A stretch of 63,894 nucleotides of DNA, filler included, from Stramenopiles sp. TOSAG23-2 (lineage: Eukaryota): the NCBI GenBank assembly GCA_900128395.1. It is 4 parts of 4 records of this genome, joined end to end, with 100 filler letters (N's around TTAATTAATTAA, not from the genome) between each part and the next. Parts side by side here need not be neighbours in the genome. Positions count along the whole stretch, not along the records: positions 18,971 to 37,796 come from LT649599.1; 3 more parts are not named here. The stretch is one strand, 5' to 3'. The notes under the pieces were generated by a model. The model ran no database searches and was not told the DNA's origin. It worked only from the letters and a program-made list of their open reading frames with translations. Position 1 is the stretch's first letter, and the number at the start of each line of letters is the position of its first letter. Positions 22,301 to 32,677 of the stretch are shown piece by piece. The translations under genes were made by a program, and so were the position numbers.

Positions 22301-25300
22301 GACAAAATTAATATCAGAATGGTAATCAATTAATAAGCGGCATGTTTCAAGATGACCTTCACGAGCGGCTAGATGGATAGCATTATTTCCATCATGATTT
22401 CTAATATTAGGATCTGAACCAGATCCCAAAAGTATTCCCACAACTTCATGATGGCCCAACAGAGAAGCTAGATGCAAAGGCGTATTTCCATCACGATCTG
22501 GAATATTCAAATCAGTATTTGCTTCACAAAGCAATTTTGCAATCACAAGGTTGTTGTCTTCAGCAATGTAATGCAATTTGCTCCTTCCAGTTTCATCTAT
22601 AACATCTGTTTCGGCACCATGAATTATTAGCAGTCTCGCACATTCAGGATGGTTTGCAAAAATAGCCATGTGCAATGGTGTATGCCCTTCATTATCTTGT
22701 GGATCAATATGAGTTACGTATTGTAGAATATGTTCCAACATTGCGAATCGACCACGTGATGAAACATCGTGTAAAACTGTTGCCCCATCATGATCTTTAT
22801 GATCAATGTTAACTTTGTATTCCAATAATATATTGACAGACGTAACTTGATTTGCAGCGGCAGCGACTTGTAAAATAGAGCAACCATTGTAATCAATATG
22901 ATTCACATCAGCATTGCAATCTAATAATAATTTCATGCAATCGGTTCTACCTAATCTAGCAGCTTCCATCAGAGGAGAGGCGCCTGTAAAATCTTGTGAC
23001 CGTGCCCTGGCACCTTTAGACAGCATATATCCGAGCAAAACATCCTGTGCAAAATAACTTGCTGCAACTAATTGATGAATAGCAGTTTGACCAACTTTAT
23101 TGTACGCATTTATGTCCATTCCATTTCGTAAACATAACTTAACAACACGTTTGCAACCACCTCTAGCTGCCCACATCAACATATTGTTACCTTTATCGTC
23201 TAAGAAACGACCCTCTCCACGTTCAAATGCTTTGTTGCATGTCCAATAATCCTTTTTCAATGCACATTGAAAGTAATTTTTCTGTCGACGAAAGCGAAAT
23301 TCCATTCTTCCGATTGTTCCACGAACCCATTTTTGTATCATTGTGGCAGCGTCGCGATATAATATTAACCATTCCAAAGTGCGCGATTGAAGATATTGCC
23401 TAGCATATTTTTGAATGACTACAGCAGCATTTGTTTTCTTCAGAGCACCTAAATACAATCGATTAGCTTGAAGTCTTTGCCATTTTCGTTGAATTAATAT
23501 AGCACATTTTTCCTTCAGTTCTTGTTGTTTCAAAACGTATTGATACCAATGATGGAAAATTTTTCTCTCTGCTGTTGCCATGTGATTATGCATAAAATGC
23601 TTTACATTTCGAATTAACCTTACGTGATGTTGCCACTTATGAAAAACTCGAGCTTCTTTATTTTTTGCTAGCCTAGCCATAGCTCTCTTTGCACGCCGTT
23701 CTTGCTTCGCTTCGTGATTTTTTATACGCTTCAAAATGTTTCTTGCGGAATGAGCCCTAAATGCACCTTGTATCACGCAAGCTGCATGATTTTCAGTACG
23801 ATTACGTATGTACGCACGACGTCTAGTTTTAGCGCGTTGCATTGCTTGCAGTTTAGTTGCCGCAGAATTTTTCTCATGAATAGAATCATGCGTATATTTA
23901 ACCCATGAATGCCATGAAGTATGAAGAACATGGGAGAAGTGTTTTCGTAAGATGTGTCGTATACCATGCTGTTGATGTGCATATAAATGCCATTTTACTA
24001 GAACACGGTGTTCCAAATGTCTTTGAAGCCGTATTAAATTCATACGTATGCGTTCCTCCTGTTCTTTATGGTGTCTTTTTATGTGTTTCAAAACTCCACG
24101 AGCGTGGAAAGCACGAAAACCACGTTGAATAATCGATGCAGATTTTTCACGAAGTGCTTTCCAATCTTTTCTGTACCGCACGAATGTGTTCCAGATACTC
24201 CAACGTCTTACAAACTCATGACGAAAGACTTTCATTTTTAATTTACATGATTGGGTGTATTGATTCCATAAACGAAAATTTTTCCGTTTTACTTGTAAAC
24301 AGTGTTCTTGGAAACGTCTCTCTGATTCCTCTTCCTGATGTTTATGAATAATTTCTAATTGTCTTTCTTTTAATTTCCTAGCACGTTCCTCTTCTTCCCT
24401 TTTTTGCTTATTTAAACGCTCTTGGTGTTTCCGTTCTTGTTCCATCTGCCGCTGTCTAATGGCTTCTTCCCTGGCAAGTTTCTCTTCACGTTTCCGTTTT
24501 CTCTCAGCGCGCTTCACGTTCATAAGCGTGTCTGCTTGTTCCTTCGCAATCCTCGCCGCGCGTCTTTCACGATATTTTCTTTGTATCATTATTATAGCCT
24601 TTTCTTTTAACTTTTCCATTTGATCTTCCCATGAGAGTGAAATAGCGTTCATTGCTTTCATTTTTTTTATATGTAACACTTCTTGCCTTCGTATCCAGTG
24701 ATCAAAGCGTTGTACGGCCATATCCAAATTTATCAAGTCACTTGGCACACTAGAGTGATTTTTCTTATTTTTTTTCCTTATTTCAATTGCATGTAAATCA
24801 GATCCAATGACATCACTCCAAATATTATCTTCTTCTGCTTTGACTTCGACAAGCTTAGCCCTGGATGCTTTTGCAATTTGTTCAAGTCTCCACAGCTCGT
24901 TATTAGCCAAAAATAGTTGTGTACGTTTAGAACCATCTTTATTATTACGATTTAAATTATCAACGACAACTTGCTGACTTGCCAAATCTCTTTCCTCTTC
25001 TATTAGTTGAAGTCTTACTACTTCCACTTTCGCATCGCATTTCGCTGTTTCACGTAATTTACTAAGCATGAAGAGTGTACCACCTTGGTCTCCATATTTT
25101 ATATCTTGTATTATATCGTCTGGACATGACATAAATATATCAATTAATAATTGAAATAAGCTTAAAACTCTAATTTTTGGAATATCATCGTTTGCAATTT
25201 TTAATGATGCTGTTGTGCTTGGCGCTTTAATATGGTCGGCACGCCTGTTACCATTTGCGATTGCAGGAGTCTGTGTACGCGATATTTGTCCTTTCTCCGA

Positions 25301-26818
25301 TGGTATTGGTGGATCAAATTCATCTCTTAATTTATATAGTAAATATTCAGTTAATTCTTTCTTTTTATCAAAGATGACCAAAAATAATTTTTCACATGCC
25401 CAATTTGATAAATATAAAACCTTTTGATCATTAAGATTACACGGGTGATCCTGTGTTGTCAACGCTGTTTCTGGCATGTGGTTCCTTGGTATGTGTTCTA
25501 TAATTTTGTTTCTCAGCTTAAATTGTATTGGAAAAATTTTTTGTATTACATTCCTGCAAAACAACATAAATATCAAAACATTTTCATCCCATATTTCTCG
25601 TAAAAACATGCTAAATACATCCACTTCTTTAATTGTGTCCTGTAGTACACTTACAGTATATAAAATATCCCAACATGTTTGTTCAACCATCGTCTTTAAC
25701 CCTACAGCTTTCATTAGATAACGATATAAGAAAACAGATGTCGCGACTGATGGTGGAGCTGCCGTTTCATCTTCATTTTCATTTAAATTTTGAAAAGATT
25801 GAGGAATTAACGAGCTTAAATAATGCTTCTCTGGTTCTCCTTCATTATATTGACTAAATTCTGCTTTATATCGTTCATCATATACATCTTCAATTAATCG
25901 AAGTAGCCAAGATGTCGGGCGTATTACTGGTCTAACATTAATATTGCAATCTAAAAAGGACGTTAAATGTGCGTACTGGCTCATAAACTTATGCATACGA
26001 AATGGTTCCACATCATCTCGTTTTTCCTGTTTCCCCGCATCACCAGCTTCGTTATAATTTAATAATTCATCATCCATTATAAGACTATCTTCTTTTTCGA
26101 TATCCTCCACTACAAGTATTTGCTCTTTCTCTTCTTTTTTCATTTCTTTATCTACTAATAATTGTTTTTGCTTTTCCAATTCTAATAAATGCATTTGGTG
26201 AGTTTCCTCCAAGGTAAACATTCCACGTTTATTTAAATGCATTTTTAAGTATTCTATTTGTTCTAGAAATGGTAAAGACAATGACTTTGTTATTAAAACA
26301 TCATTGGTAAAAGCTGGTGGTGGTATAACTTCTTGCATTAATTCAAACACCGTCGGCTCTCGCCCGATAGGACTTTTTCTACCGCTGCTTTTTGGACTTT
26401 GTCGACTGCTAATTTTTGGACTTTGTCGACCATCTTTATTATTACTACTTTTTATATTTATTGTTAATAAGTCTTCCGGCACCTTTTCTTCCTTATCACC
26501 GGCAATGCTATTACTATATACAGAGTTAACAGCACTCACACTAGTACTACTAACTTTTGGTAAAGACGCCTTTTCTTTAATATTCGAAAAATTTGTTGAT
26601 CGCCTTTTACGTCTAGGTACAGGCTGTGGATACAGTTGATATGGACTTTCAAATTGAGACCTTTTCCTTACTTTTGTACGTCTCTTGCGATTACTCTTAT
26701 TATTTTTCCTCGCATTCCTGACTCCAGTCAAAGGTTCGCCATTTGACGTAGCAAAGTCACGGAACTCTTTCCCAAACTTCTCCTCAAAAATTTTATCTAC
26801 AACATCTATATCGTTCAT
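19388..26818 (-). CDS. Large IQ-motif/Sfi1-like, ankyrin-repeat, TPR and WW-domain scaffold protein (2476 aa)
   Basis: Many IQxxxRGxxxR motifs (IQRGFRAFHAR, IQKWVRGTIGR, IQAHYRGMKER). About 10 ankyrin repeats (GHTPLHMA, GNTPLHLA). TPR-like segment (AHSNYA...AEQYYLRA). Six WW domains (W...YY.N..T..SQW..P). Confidence 0.92.
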   Translation of the reverse strand: MNDIDVVDKIFEEKFGKEFRDFATSNGEPLTGVRNARKNNKSNRKRRTKVRKRSQFESPYQLYPQPVPRRKRRSTNFSNIKEKASLPKVSSTSVSAVNSVYSNSIAGDKEEKVPEDLLTINIKSSNNKDGRQSPKISSRQSPKSSGRKSPIGREPTVFELMQEVIPPPAFTNDVLITKSLSLPFLEQIEYLKMHLNKRGMFTLEETHQMHLLELEKQKQLLVDKEMKKEEKEQILVVEDIEKEDSLIMDDELLNYNEAGDAGKQEKRDDVEPFRMHKFMSQYAHLTSFLDCNINVRPVIRPTSWLLRLIEDVYDERYKAEFSQYNEGEPEKHYLSSLIPQSFQNLNENEDETAAPPSVATSVFLYRYLMKAVGLKTMVEQTCWDILYTVSVLQDTIKEVDVFSMFLREIWDENVLIFMLFCRNVIQKIFPIQFKLRNKIIEHIPRNHMPETALTTQDHPCNLNDQKVLYLSNWACEKLFLVIFDKKKELTEYLLYKLRDEFDPPIPSEKGQISRTQTPAIANGNRRADHIKAPSTTASLKIANDDIPKIRVLSLFQLLIDIFMSCPDDIIQDIKYGDQGGTLFMLSKLRETAKCDAKVEVVRLQLIEEERDLASQQVVVDNLNRNNKDGSKRTQLFLANNELWRLEQIAKASRAKLVEVKAEEDNIWSDVIGSDLHAIEIRKKNKKNHSSVPSDLINLDMAVQRFDHWIRRQEVLHIKKMKAMNAISLSWEDQMEKLKEKAIIMIQRKYRERRAARIAKEQADTLMNVKRAERKRKREEKLAREEAIRQRQMEQERKHQERLNKQKREEEERARKLKERQLEIIHKHQEEESERRFQEHCLQVKRKNFRLWNQYTQSCKLKMKVFRHEFVRRWSIWNTFVRYRKDWKALREKSASIIQRGFRAFHARGVLKHIKRHHKEQEERIRMNLIRLQRHLEHRVLVKWHLYAHQQHGIRHILRKHFSHVLHTSWHSWVKYTHDSIHEKNSAATKLQAMQRAKTRRRAYIRNRTENHAACVIQGAFRAHSARNILKRIKNHEAKQERRAKRAMARLAKNKEARVFHKWQHHVRLIRNVKHFMHNHMATAERKIFHHWYQYVLKQQELKEKCAILIQRKWQRLQANRLYLGALKKTNAAVVIQKYARQYLQSRTLEWLILYRDAATMIQKWVRGTIGRMEFRFRRQKNYFQCALKKDYWTCNKAFERGEGRFLDDKGNNMLMWAARGGCKRVVKLCLRNGMDINAYNKVGQTAIHQLVAASYFAQDVLLGYMLSKGARARSQDFTGASPLMEAARLGRTDCMKLLLDCNADVNHIDYNGCSILQVAAAANQVTSVNILLEYKVNIDHKDHDGATVLHDVSSRGRFAMLEHILQYVTHIDPQDNEGHTPLHMAIFANHPECARLLIIHGAETDVIDETGRSKLHYIAEDNNLVIAKLLCEANTDLNIPDRDGNTPLHLASLLGHHEVVGILLGSGSDPNIRNHDGNNAIHLAAREGHLETCRLLIDYHSDINFVNYDNKTPLGEARMRNHVECVKLFKERYIDDKLANRRFAVALAIQKREEIPPEPKDPKWLVVCRGLTNHQWGKVHALANFRRFIHKWREFEVSLNDLDTIVPVKDMEDKNEEDDEENGKGKKFWEKDKETQKKLTEQANYFVRYWYYDNDNVYTVDEPQDVRMGHWVEKEIDIMVQEDPNDPTSEMIPSGKTRFIWENPKTGQVSDELPPQIVVTRNKKRPRLHKVTTKADMTKNEYKKYYEREMGAINLNRAKVKSSIFIQRIFRGYLCRVFYAKHKIRWYASIHVERVVRGFLGRRKAFYRRERVNAATKIQAHYRGMKERAWVYENYYYMDRRRAIWRAAKLINRVWRGYLCRRFRRRYLWKKRGPKFFDEWNEIRRVSIVRRVIGVWDEMIYVDTYDVLFYCNHLTKKCQWEKPPAVVNHDLAQQEDDRHLRLHGYTRREKEMAERLQGIWRGRQAQRIFRQMVRGAKIMKSCEEDFLKHPNKIEALCNYTLYLHAVQMDYDRARIMYAKMLEYMVDRGPDNAFVLYAYAIFATATREADFDDVMDMVHRARECEPKQGTHCFDLASKGFFRQAMVFNPKSAQAHSNYAIVMQFVHQDYAQAEQYYLRACTLDPYDHTITANFNDMLRRLANKPYDGFDAFRLAQAKAAEENAKRIQAVIKSDEYQVNLYKHEAAAKIQKCYRRYKGKHVFWKFQGVPESLKLAREHEEFHKFTGHDHQLEDVNDWEECSDGLGKTYWFNTKTNISQWDKPQFQQANVRPKKGPGFDGMRVGRLEKVEDWEECDDGTGATYYYNSKTGKSQWIRPRFNNDTDHPKKGKGFGDALNEHNDHEMHNKGEEKRADWHEHVDESGRTYWYNDKTGNSQWLQPHFMSEEREVELHAREMEEKLANIPDGWEAQKDAKGNIFYFCHATGESSWDKPVTEVLPPPPWEKNTHEDGSVYFYNTITGESRWNLKGLMDFKVNRHMR

Positions 26819-27899
26819 GCCTACGTATTATATTAATTTAGGGTATGCGATAATGTCCCTTTGATTTACAGTGTTTTGTAGTAGTTTGTTGCAACAATAT
26901 TATATAGGTGTAAATACATATATATATATATATATATATATAGCGTGTCTTGGATATTAGTAAACGTTAAAAAATATTAATATATATACTCTGTAAAAAG
27001 CCAGAGTAGAATAGCATGCAATAGACTCAGCAGCCCGGCCAATAATAATAATACCAATGCAATAATATTACATGCTGAAAATACTTGATTTGCATAAACG
27101 GATTTACAAGAAGGAGAGACAAAAAAATTTACGAAAATCTTCTAATTATTTTTTGTAAATGCTATAATATATTAATGCGTGCGAAGTAGCGAGCTATACT
27201 ATGCTTGTGTTTATACACGAGATCGTCTCTTAATTCATGAATGATTTTTTTTGCAGTACATTTTTAGCATAGGATAGTATTGTAAATAAAAACAATTTTG
27301 CTGAAGTTTTCAATCAATTTAAATGAACATTGTGATGGATGGTGTAAAAGATGGTATTGTTTCGTATAATAACTTATTATATCACAGTATTATTACTACC
27401 GTGGAGAACGGTGAACAGGAGAACACTGTGTGGTTTTACAAAAAGTTTTTTCGCTGCTTTTTTTTGGAATGTTCGTTTCTTTTTTCAATATCAAGGATAT
27501 TTGGTATATTAACAAGTATAAACAATTGGACCACACCGCTTCACCATTGTCGCCAAATGGCAAATAACCAACTACTAACTCTCCAACTCTCCTCCTCCTC
27601 TTTGAAAAAAAAAAAAAAGGCAAAACCCTGTTGCCGTTATTATTTATTATTTGTTAACAAAGAAAATTATATTGTTTACATAATTATTACAACCATACAA
27701 CTTTGTTACACAGATTCACATATATTATTATTATTGTTGATATTTATTTTATATATATTTGTGTTAGCTATTATATCGTTATAACTTTTGCGCGTGCGTC
27801 TGTTTATCTGTATATATATATATTTGTGGTAGAATTAGTACTTAATTTAATACTTCAGTTTGATTGAAATAGTTCATATAAAAAAATATTAATAACAAG

Positions 27900-30368
27900 A
27901 TGAGAACAAATAGTCGTGGCAGATCACGTAGGCGTGATAGCGATGAACGTGTACATGTTCATGCACGTTGTCGTCCATTGTTAGAACGCGAGAAAGAATC
28001 AGCAAGTGGCAGTCCACCAATTTTCCAACCGGTCACTGCTACGAAATGTAATGTAATGAAGAGCCCTGGTGAAGTCAAACCGTTTACATTTGATACGGTA
28101 TTTGATGAACATTCCACGCAAGATGATGTCTATGAAAAAGTTGCAAAAAATATTATCGAAGGTGCCTTAAGTGGTTACAATGGTACATTGTTTGCATATG
28201 GACAAACTGGGACTGGAAAAACACACACGATGATGGGTTCTGATGTCGAAGGTGATGGTCGTGGTATCATACCGAGAGCATTAGACCACATCTTTGAAAC
28301 AGTAGAAGCAAATAGTGACAAGTACATTTACGAGTTAAATATGAGCTATGTACAATTATATTGTGAATTATTACAAGATTTGCTTGAACCAGATTTTAGT
28401 AAAACATTAACAATTAGGGAAGATACAGAGCAAGGACGTGGCGTTTTCATACAAGGCCTTTCATCCTTCAGTGTTGCTAGTAAAGATGAATGTTTAAATT
28501 TACTGCGAATAGGACATGAGAATCGTGCAGTTGCAGAGACAAATATGAATTCACAATCATCAAGAAGTCATGCTGCTTTCATGTTGAGTATTGAACGTAG
28601 GCCAAAAGCAACATTCGATAATTTAATGAAGGAAGGGAATAACGAAGGAAAACCAAATACGGCACCGAAAAAAACTTTTGCAAAATTATTTATTGTAGAT
28701 CTTGCTGGATCAGAACGCGTAAAAACATCTGGTACTATGCACGGGCAGCGTTTTAGTGAATTGAAATCCATTAATTTATCATTATCCGCATTAGGAAATT
28801 GTATCAGTGCATTGAGTGAGAAGAAAAGACATATACCTTTTCGTGACTCGAAGTTAACTAGGCTATTACAAGATTCACTTGGTGGAAATGCAAGGACATC
28901 ATTGGTGATTAATGTAAATGCATGTCCAGCCGATATCAATGAAACATTTTCTTCATTAATGTTTGGCCAACGCGCAATGGCAGTAGAAACACGCGCTAAA
29001 CGTAACGTAGAGATTGATTATAAAGCATTGTATGCTACAGTACAATCAGCGTTAGATGAGAAAGATGATGAAATCCATCGATTGCAAATCGAATTGTCAA
29101 AATCAAAAACTCGAGTTGATTCCCTTTTAAATGAAATAGCCAAAGCAAGATCAGCACAGCAGTCAGCGGAAATGCAAGCAAATGCACTCAGTGCAGTACA
29201 AAATAGCTTATCTACTATTAATGATAATGATGTGGAGGAAATGAAAGGATCAAACAGCACTACGCTTATTGAAAATATGGGAGAAAATGGAGATGGTGGT
29301 GGTGGTTTGTTTTTAACAGGTTTAGATATGGGTGGTGATGATGAAAATAATTACAACAATAATAATAATAATAGCAATAGCAATCATGTGATCAAAAAAA
29401 TGAATAAAAAATGGACAGAACAAATCAACAAAATACAAAAAGAATTTGCAAAGCAATTGCAAGATGAGCGCAAGCGTTGTAGCGAAGATGTAAAAAAATC
29501 ACAAGGTAAAATGGCAAAAGCGGAGGAGGAATGGAATCGTATTGAATATGATTTAAGAGGGGAACGTGAGGAGCATTTAAGGACATGCCTTCAATTGAAA
29601 GAATGTCGAATACAATTGAACGAGTTAGATAAAGAATCAACTCAACGAATTAGCGAATTGACTGCAGATATAACTGAATTGAAAGAGCAGCTGCAAACGG
29701 CCGTTGATGGAGCAACACATCAAGCAGAGTTAGCAAATGCATTGAAAGAGTCAACATCATCGGTTAAAGATATAAGACTGGGATATCGTCAAAAAGCGCA
29801 AGATTTAGAAAAAGTATATGGTGAAAAGATAAATTGGTTGATCAATCGTGTTGAACAGCTTGAAAATAGTAGATCACGTCCAGAATCCAATGCAAGTTCC
29901 AGTGTCAGTAGTAGTAGGAGTAATAGTCGCAATAGTCGTAATAATAGTCGAAATAGTAAACATGGCTATTCCAATAGTCGTACCAATCGTCGTGTGCCAT
30001 TAGGTAGTCGTACCAATCAACGTAATAATCAACGCAGTAATCAACGTAGTAGAAGCGTTCCACCTGCTCCACAAATGAGAAATCGTTTAGCACAGCAGCG
30101 TAATAATAGACGCGCCGGTGGTGCTGGTGCTGGTGCTGCACGCCTCCTACGTAATAAACGCATGGATGAGGCACAGAAACGCAGAGAAGCAAAATTTGCA
30201 TTGAAAACAAGACAAAAGATGTATGGTAAAATGAATGCATCGTTTAGTGGAATGACGAAAAAACCTCGTAATTCAAGGTCTAAAACGCGAACAAATAGTA
30301 GAGTATCAAGGAGTAAAAGTATGCCAAGGGCGAGGGCTGGAGCAAATACAAGACATAGATTTCGATGA
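27900..30368 (+). CDS. Kinesin motor protein (N-terminal motor, coiled coil, basic R/S tail), ARK-like
   Basis: P-loop GQTGTGKT, NSQSSRSH, DLAGSER, HIPFRDSKLTRLLQDSLGG. Confidence 0.96.
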   Translation: MRTNSRGRSRRRDSDERVHVHARCRPLLEREKESASGSPPIFQPVTATKCNVMKSPGEVKPFTFDTVFDEHSTQDDVYEKVAKNIIEGALSGYNGTLFAYGQTGTGKTHTMMGSDVEGDGRGIIPRALDHIFETVEANSDKYIYELNMSYVQLYCELLQDLLEPDFSKTLTIREDTEQGRGVFIQGLSSFSVASKDECLNLLRIGHENRAVAETNMNSQSSRSHAAFMLSIERRPKATFDNLMKEGNNEGKPNTAPKKTFAKLFIVDLAGSERVKTSGTMHGQRFSELKSINLSLSALGNCISALSEKKRHIPFRDSKLTRLLQDSLGGNARTSLVINVNACPADINETFSSLMFGQRAMAVETRAKRNVEIDYKALYATVQSALDEKDDEIHRLQIELSKSKTRVDSLLNEIAKARSAQQSAEMQANALSAVQNSLSTINDNDVEEMKGSNSTTLIENMGENGDGGGGLFLTGLDMGGDDENNYNNNNNNSNSNHVIKKMNKKWTEQINKIQKEFAKQLQDERKRCSEDVKKSQGKMAKAEEEWNRIEYDLRGEREEHLRTCLQLKECRIQLNELDKESTQRISELTADITELKEQLQTAVDGATHQAELANALKESTSSVKDIRLGYRQKAQDLEKVYGEKINWLINRVEQLENSRSRPESNASSSVSSSRSNSRNSRNNSRNSKHGYSNSRTNRRVPLGSRTNQRNNQRSNQRSRSVPPAPQMRNRLAQQRNNRRAGGAGAGAARLLRNKRMDEAQKRREAKFALKTRQKMYGKMNASFSGMTKKPRNSRSKTRTNSRVSRSKSMPRARAGANTRHRFR

Positions 30369-30630
30369 CTTTGTTTTTTATAATAAAAATTGTACTCTCG
30401 TATATTATTAATACGTACTATCAAGCAACAAGATTTATATAATTTACTGTTTAATTGCTTAAGAACTACTCAACGGAATATTAAAATACCACCCAGTGAC
30501 TTTGAGCCAAATTAATTTAATTTCTTCATTTACGAAATAATATCATATATATACGTTTCGTATTATTCCATTATTTTTATGTTTTAACGTAAAATTATTT
30601 TCTCCGTGTGTGTAAATTTTTTCTTTTTTT

Positions 30631-31122
30631 TTAATTTATTTTTTTGTTTACATCATCATCATCATCATTTGTTTCTCCTTCTTCTTCCTCTTCCTCCTCC
30701 TCTTTTTTTTCTATCACTTTTATTTTCCTAGAATCACTGTCACTTTCATCATCATTATTATTACAACACCAACATTTACATATGATTTCAACAGTGCAGT
30801 CTAAAATTAAACAAACTGTATACAATATTGGTACAGCATATATGAATTGGGAAGCAGGAGTATCCAATTTTTCATATTCATACTCTTTTGAAATTGGAAA
30901 CGTATCAAATAACCAACGCTGCCCAAAATACCAGTATAAAATCTGACCTATAGCATTGACTTTTTCAAACCATTTATTTGGAAAAATAAATAGTAAGAAA
31001 TGCATATATGCCAAATGCATATTTGTTATAATATTAGAATAAAACACATGCTTTGAAAAATCGTTCGGAAATGTAGTATTATAATCAAACCATGAATCGT
31101 CACCAAATGTATTTAAAGCTTG
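30631..31122 (-). CDS. C-terminal part of a membrane protein (no clear start; exon or chimeric fragment)
   Basis: Frame open upstream of the track's GTG start as far as YQALNTFGDDSWF... (~31122), overlapping the end of the upstream ORF. Hydrophobic helices, CCKCWCC and an acidic tail. Confidence 0.5.
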   Translation of the reverse strand, partial: QALNTFGDDSWFDYNTTFPNDFSKHVFYSNIITNMHLAYMHFLLFIFPNKWFEKVNAIGQILYWYFGQRWLFDTFPISKEYEYEKLDTPASQFIYAVPILYTVCLILDCTVEIICKCWCCNNNDDESDSDSRKIKVIEKKEEEEEEEEGETNDDDDDVNKKIN

Positions 31123-32038
31123 GTACTACTGAACAATAATTCTCCACGTCATCAACCATTTTAAATTTGACTTTACAATATTTATTTTTTTCACAAGACA
31201 TAATCGTACCATCATAAAATTCACGATCTTTCGGATCAAACGCAACAACTTTCTCATCTTTTTCATAACTATTTTTAATCGGCAATGATTGTACTTCTTT
31301 CTTTTGTCCACGGATTCCAACTTTTTTCTTTCCATTTTGAACAGCTTTTTTCTTCAATGTTGCTGATTCAGGTTTGTTTGTGGTTGTGGTAGCGGTAGTG
31401 GTAGTTTGCTGATTTTTCGCAGGATGTACGGTTTTCTTTGATGTATCCATGAATACGTTTTGCGATGTATTCGCTCTATCGTGTTTAGCAAGATCATTTT
31501 TTAATTTTTTTCCCCTTTCTTCGTATGTACCACTCTTTGTTGTTGTCGTTGTTGTTGTTGTTGGGTTTTTATGGTTATATACGTATCCTCGTATAGTGAA
31601 ACCGTCAACATCATCAGAAGATTCGGAATCAACTTCATCGAAATGAATTGGATGATCAATATTAGAATTATTAATTGATGTTTTTCCTGTATCCAATTGA
31701 GCCTTTTCAACGCTTTCTTGTGATGCGGAAAGCTGATCGTTATTATAAGCTCTTTCAATTAATAATAAATTTTCTTGTAATGATTTTATATTTTCTTCAT
31801 ATGATTTTATTTGTTCTTCTGCTTCTTGCAAAAGTTGCTCTTGCTCGATAGTTGAAGTAGATGATGATGAAGATGCAGGTAAACGGTTATTGTTTACGTG
31901 AGAATTTAGCAATACATGGTTTAATATTGATGATGGTAAAGGATTTTTATTATGATCATTATTTTTCTTTTTCTTTTTCGTATTGTCATTTTTATTGATC
32001 CCATTCTTTTCCTTTTGTGTTTTTCTTTTCTTCCCCAT
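31100..32038 (-). CDS. Hypothetical protein: coiled coil, low complexity, C-terminal Tudor-like domain
   Basis: Likely start MGKKRK at 32038. C-terminal YEKDEKVVAFDPKDREFYDGTI...CKVKF resembles a Tudor/Agenet barrel. Confidence 0.65.
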   Translation of the reverse strand: MGKKRKTQKEKNGINKNDNTKKKKKNNDHNKNPLPSSILNHVLLNSHVNNNRLPASSSSSTSTIEQEQLLQEAEEQIKSYEENIKSLQENLLLIERAYNNDQLSASQESVEKAQLDTGKTSINNSNIDHPIHFDEVDSESSDDVDGFTIRGYVYNHKNPTTTTTTTTKSGTYEERGKKLKNDLAKHDRANTSQNVFMDTSKKTVHPAKNQQTTTTATTTTNKPESATLKKKAVQNGKKKVGIRGQKKEVQSLPIKNSYEKDEKVVAFDPKDREFYDGTIMSCEKNKYCKVKFKMVDDVENYCSVVPSFKYIW

Positions 32039-32040
32039 AT

Positions 32041-32078
<38 letters not shown>

Positions 32079-32577
32079 AATTCACTATTATATTTTAATA
32101 CTCCTATTTGTATGTATCAAATTTTAAAATATGATCTTTTCTTTCATGTATCATCCACATGTATTTATATATTTCTAATATATATAAATGTGTACATTTA
32201 GGTGCTATATAATGATGCTTTTATTAATTATTTGTGTTTGGCTTGATGTGTGTGGAGCTATGGAATCTGGGAAATCATCACTTCGCCAAAAAAATGATAT
32301 TTTTATAAACTATGCTATTACTATGTACATCCTGTGATTGATGTTGGGATCGTGTATAGTAGGGAAATAGCTTTACAAAAGTCCAAAATAAGGTTTTTGC
32401 AGATATATCAGTTATTTTCGATCTTCAACAATGTGATGTGTATAAAACAGAGATGGAAGACGATATATATATGTCATCTATACACACATCTCAATGCATT
32501 GGAGACATCCGATACGATACAATCTGCTAAGGAGAACAATCATTTTATATACTATACCAATTTGTAACCATCGTTGC

Positions 32578-32608
<31 letters not shown>

Positions 32609-32677
32609 ATTAGTAATTAATATAAGAAGGAAAAATTATTATTTATTTATTATTTATTTTATATATATATTATTAAC

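Noticed and set aside
27323..27784. 153-aa ORF upstream of the kinesin, and similar I/Y/F-rich intergenic ORFs (3187, 53712, 55989, 59935, 60654)
   Set aside because: Composition mirrors AT-rich intergenic or intronic DNA and (TA)n runs; no protein-like features.
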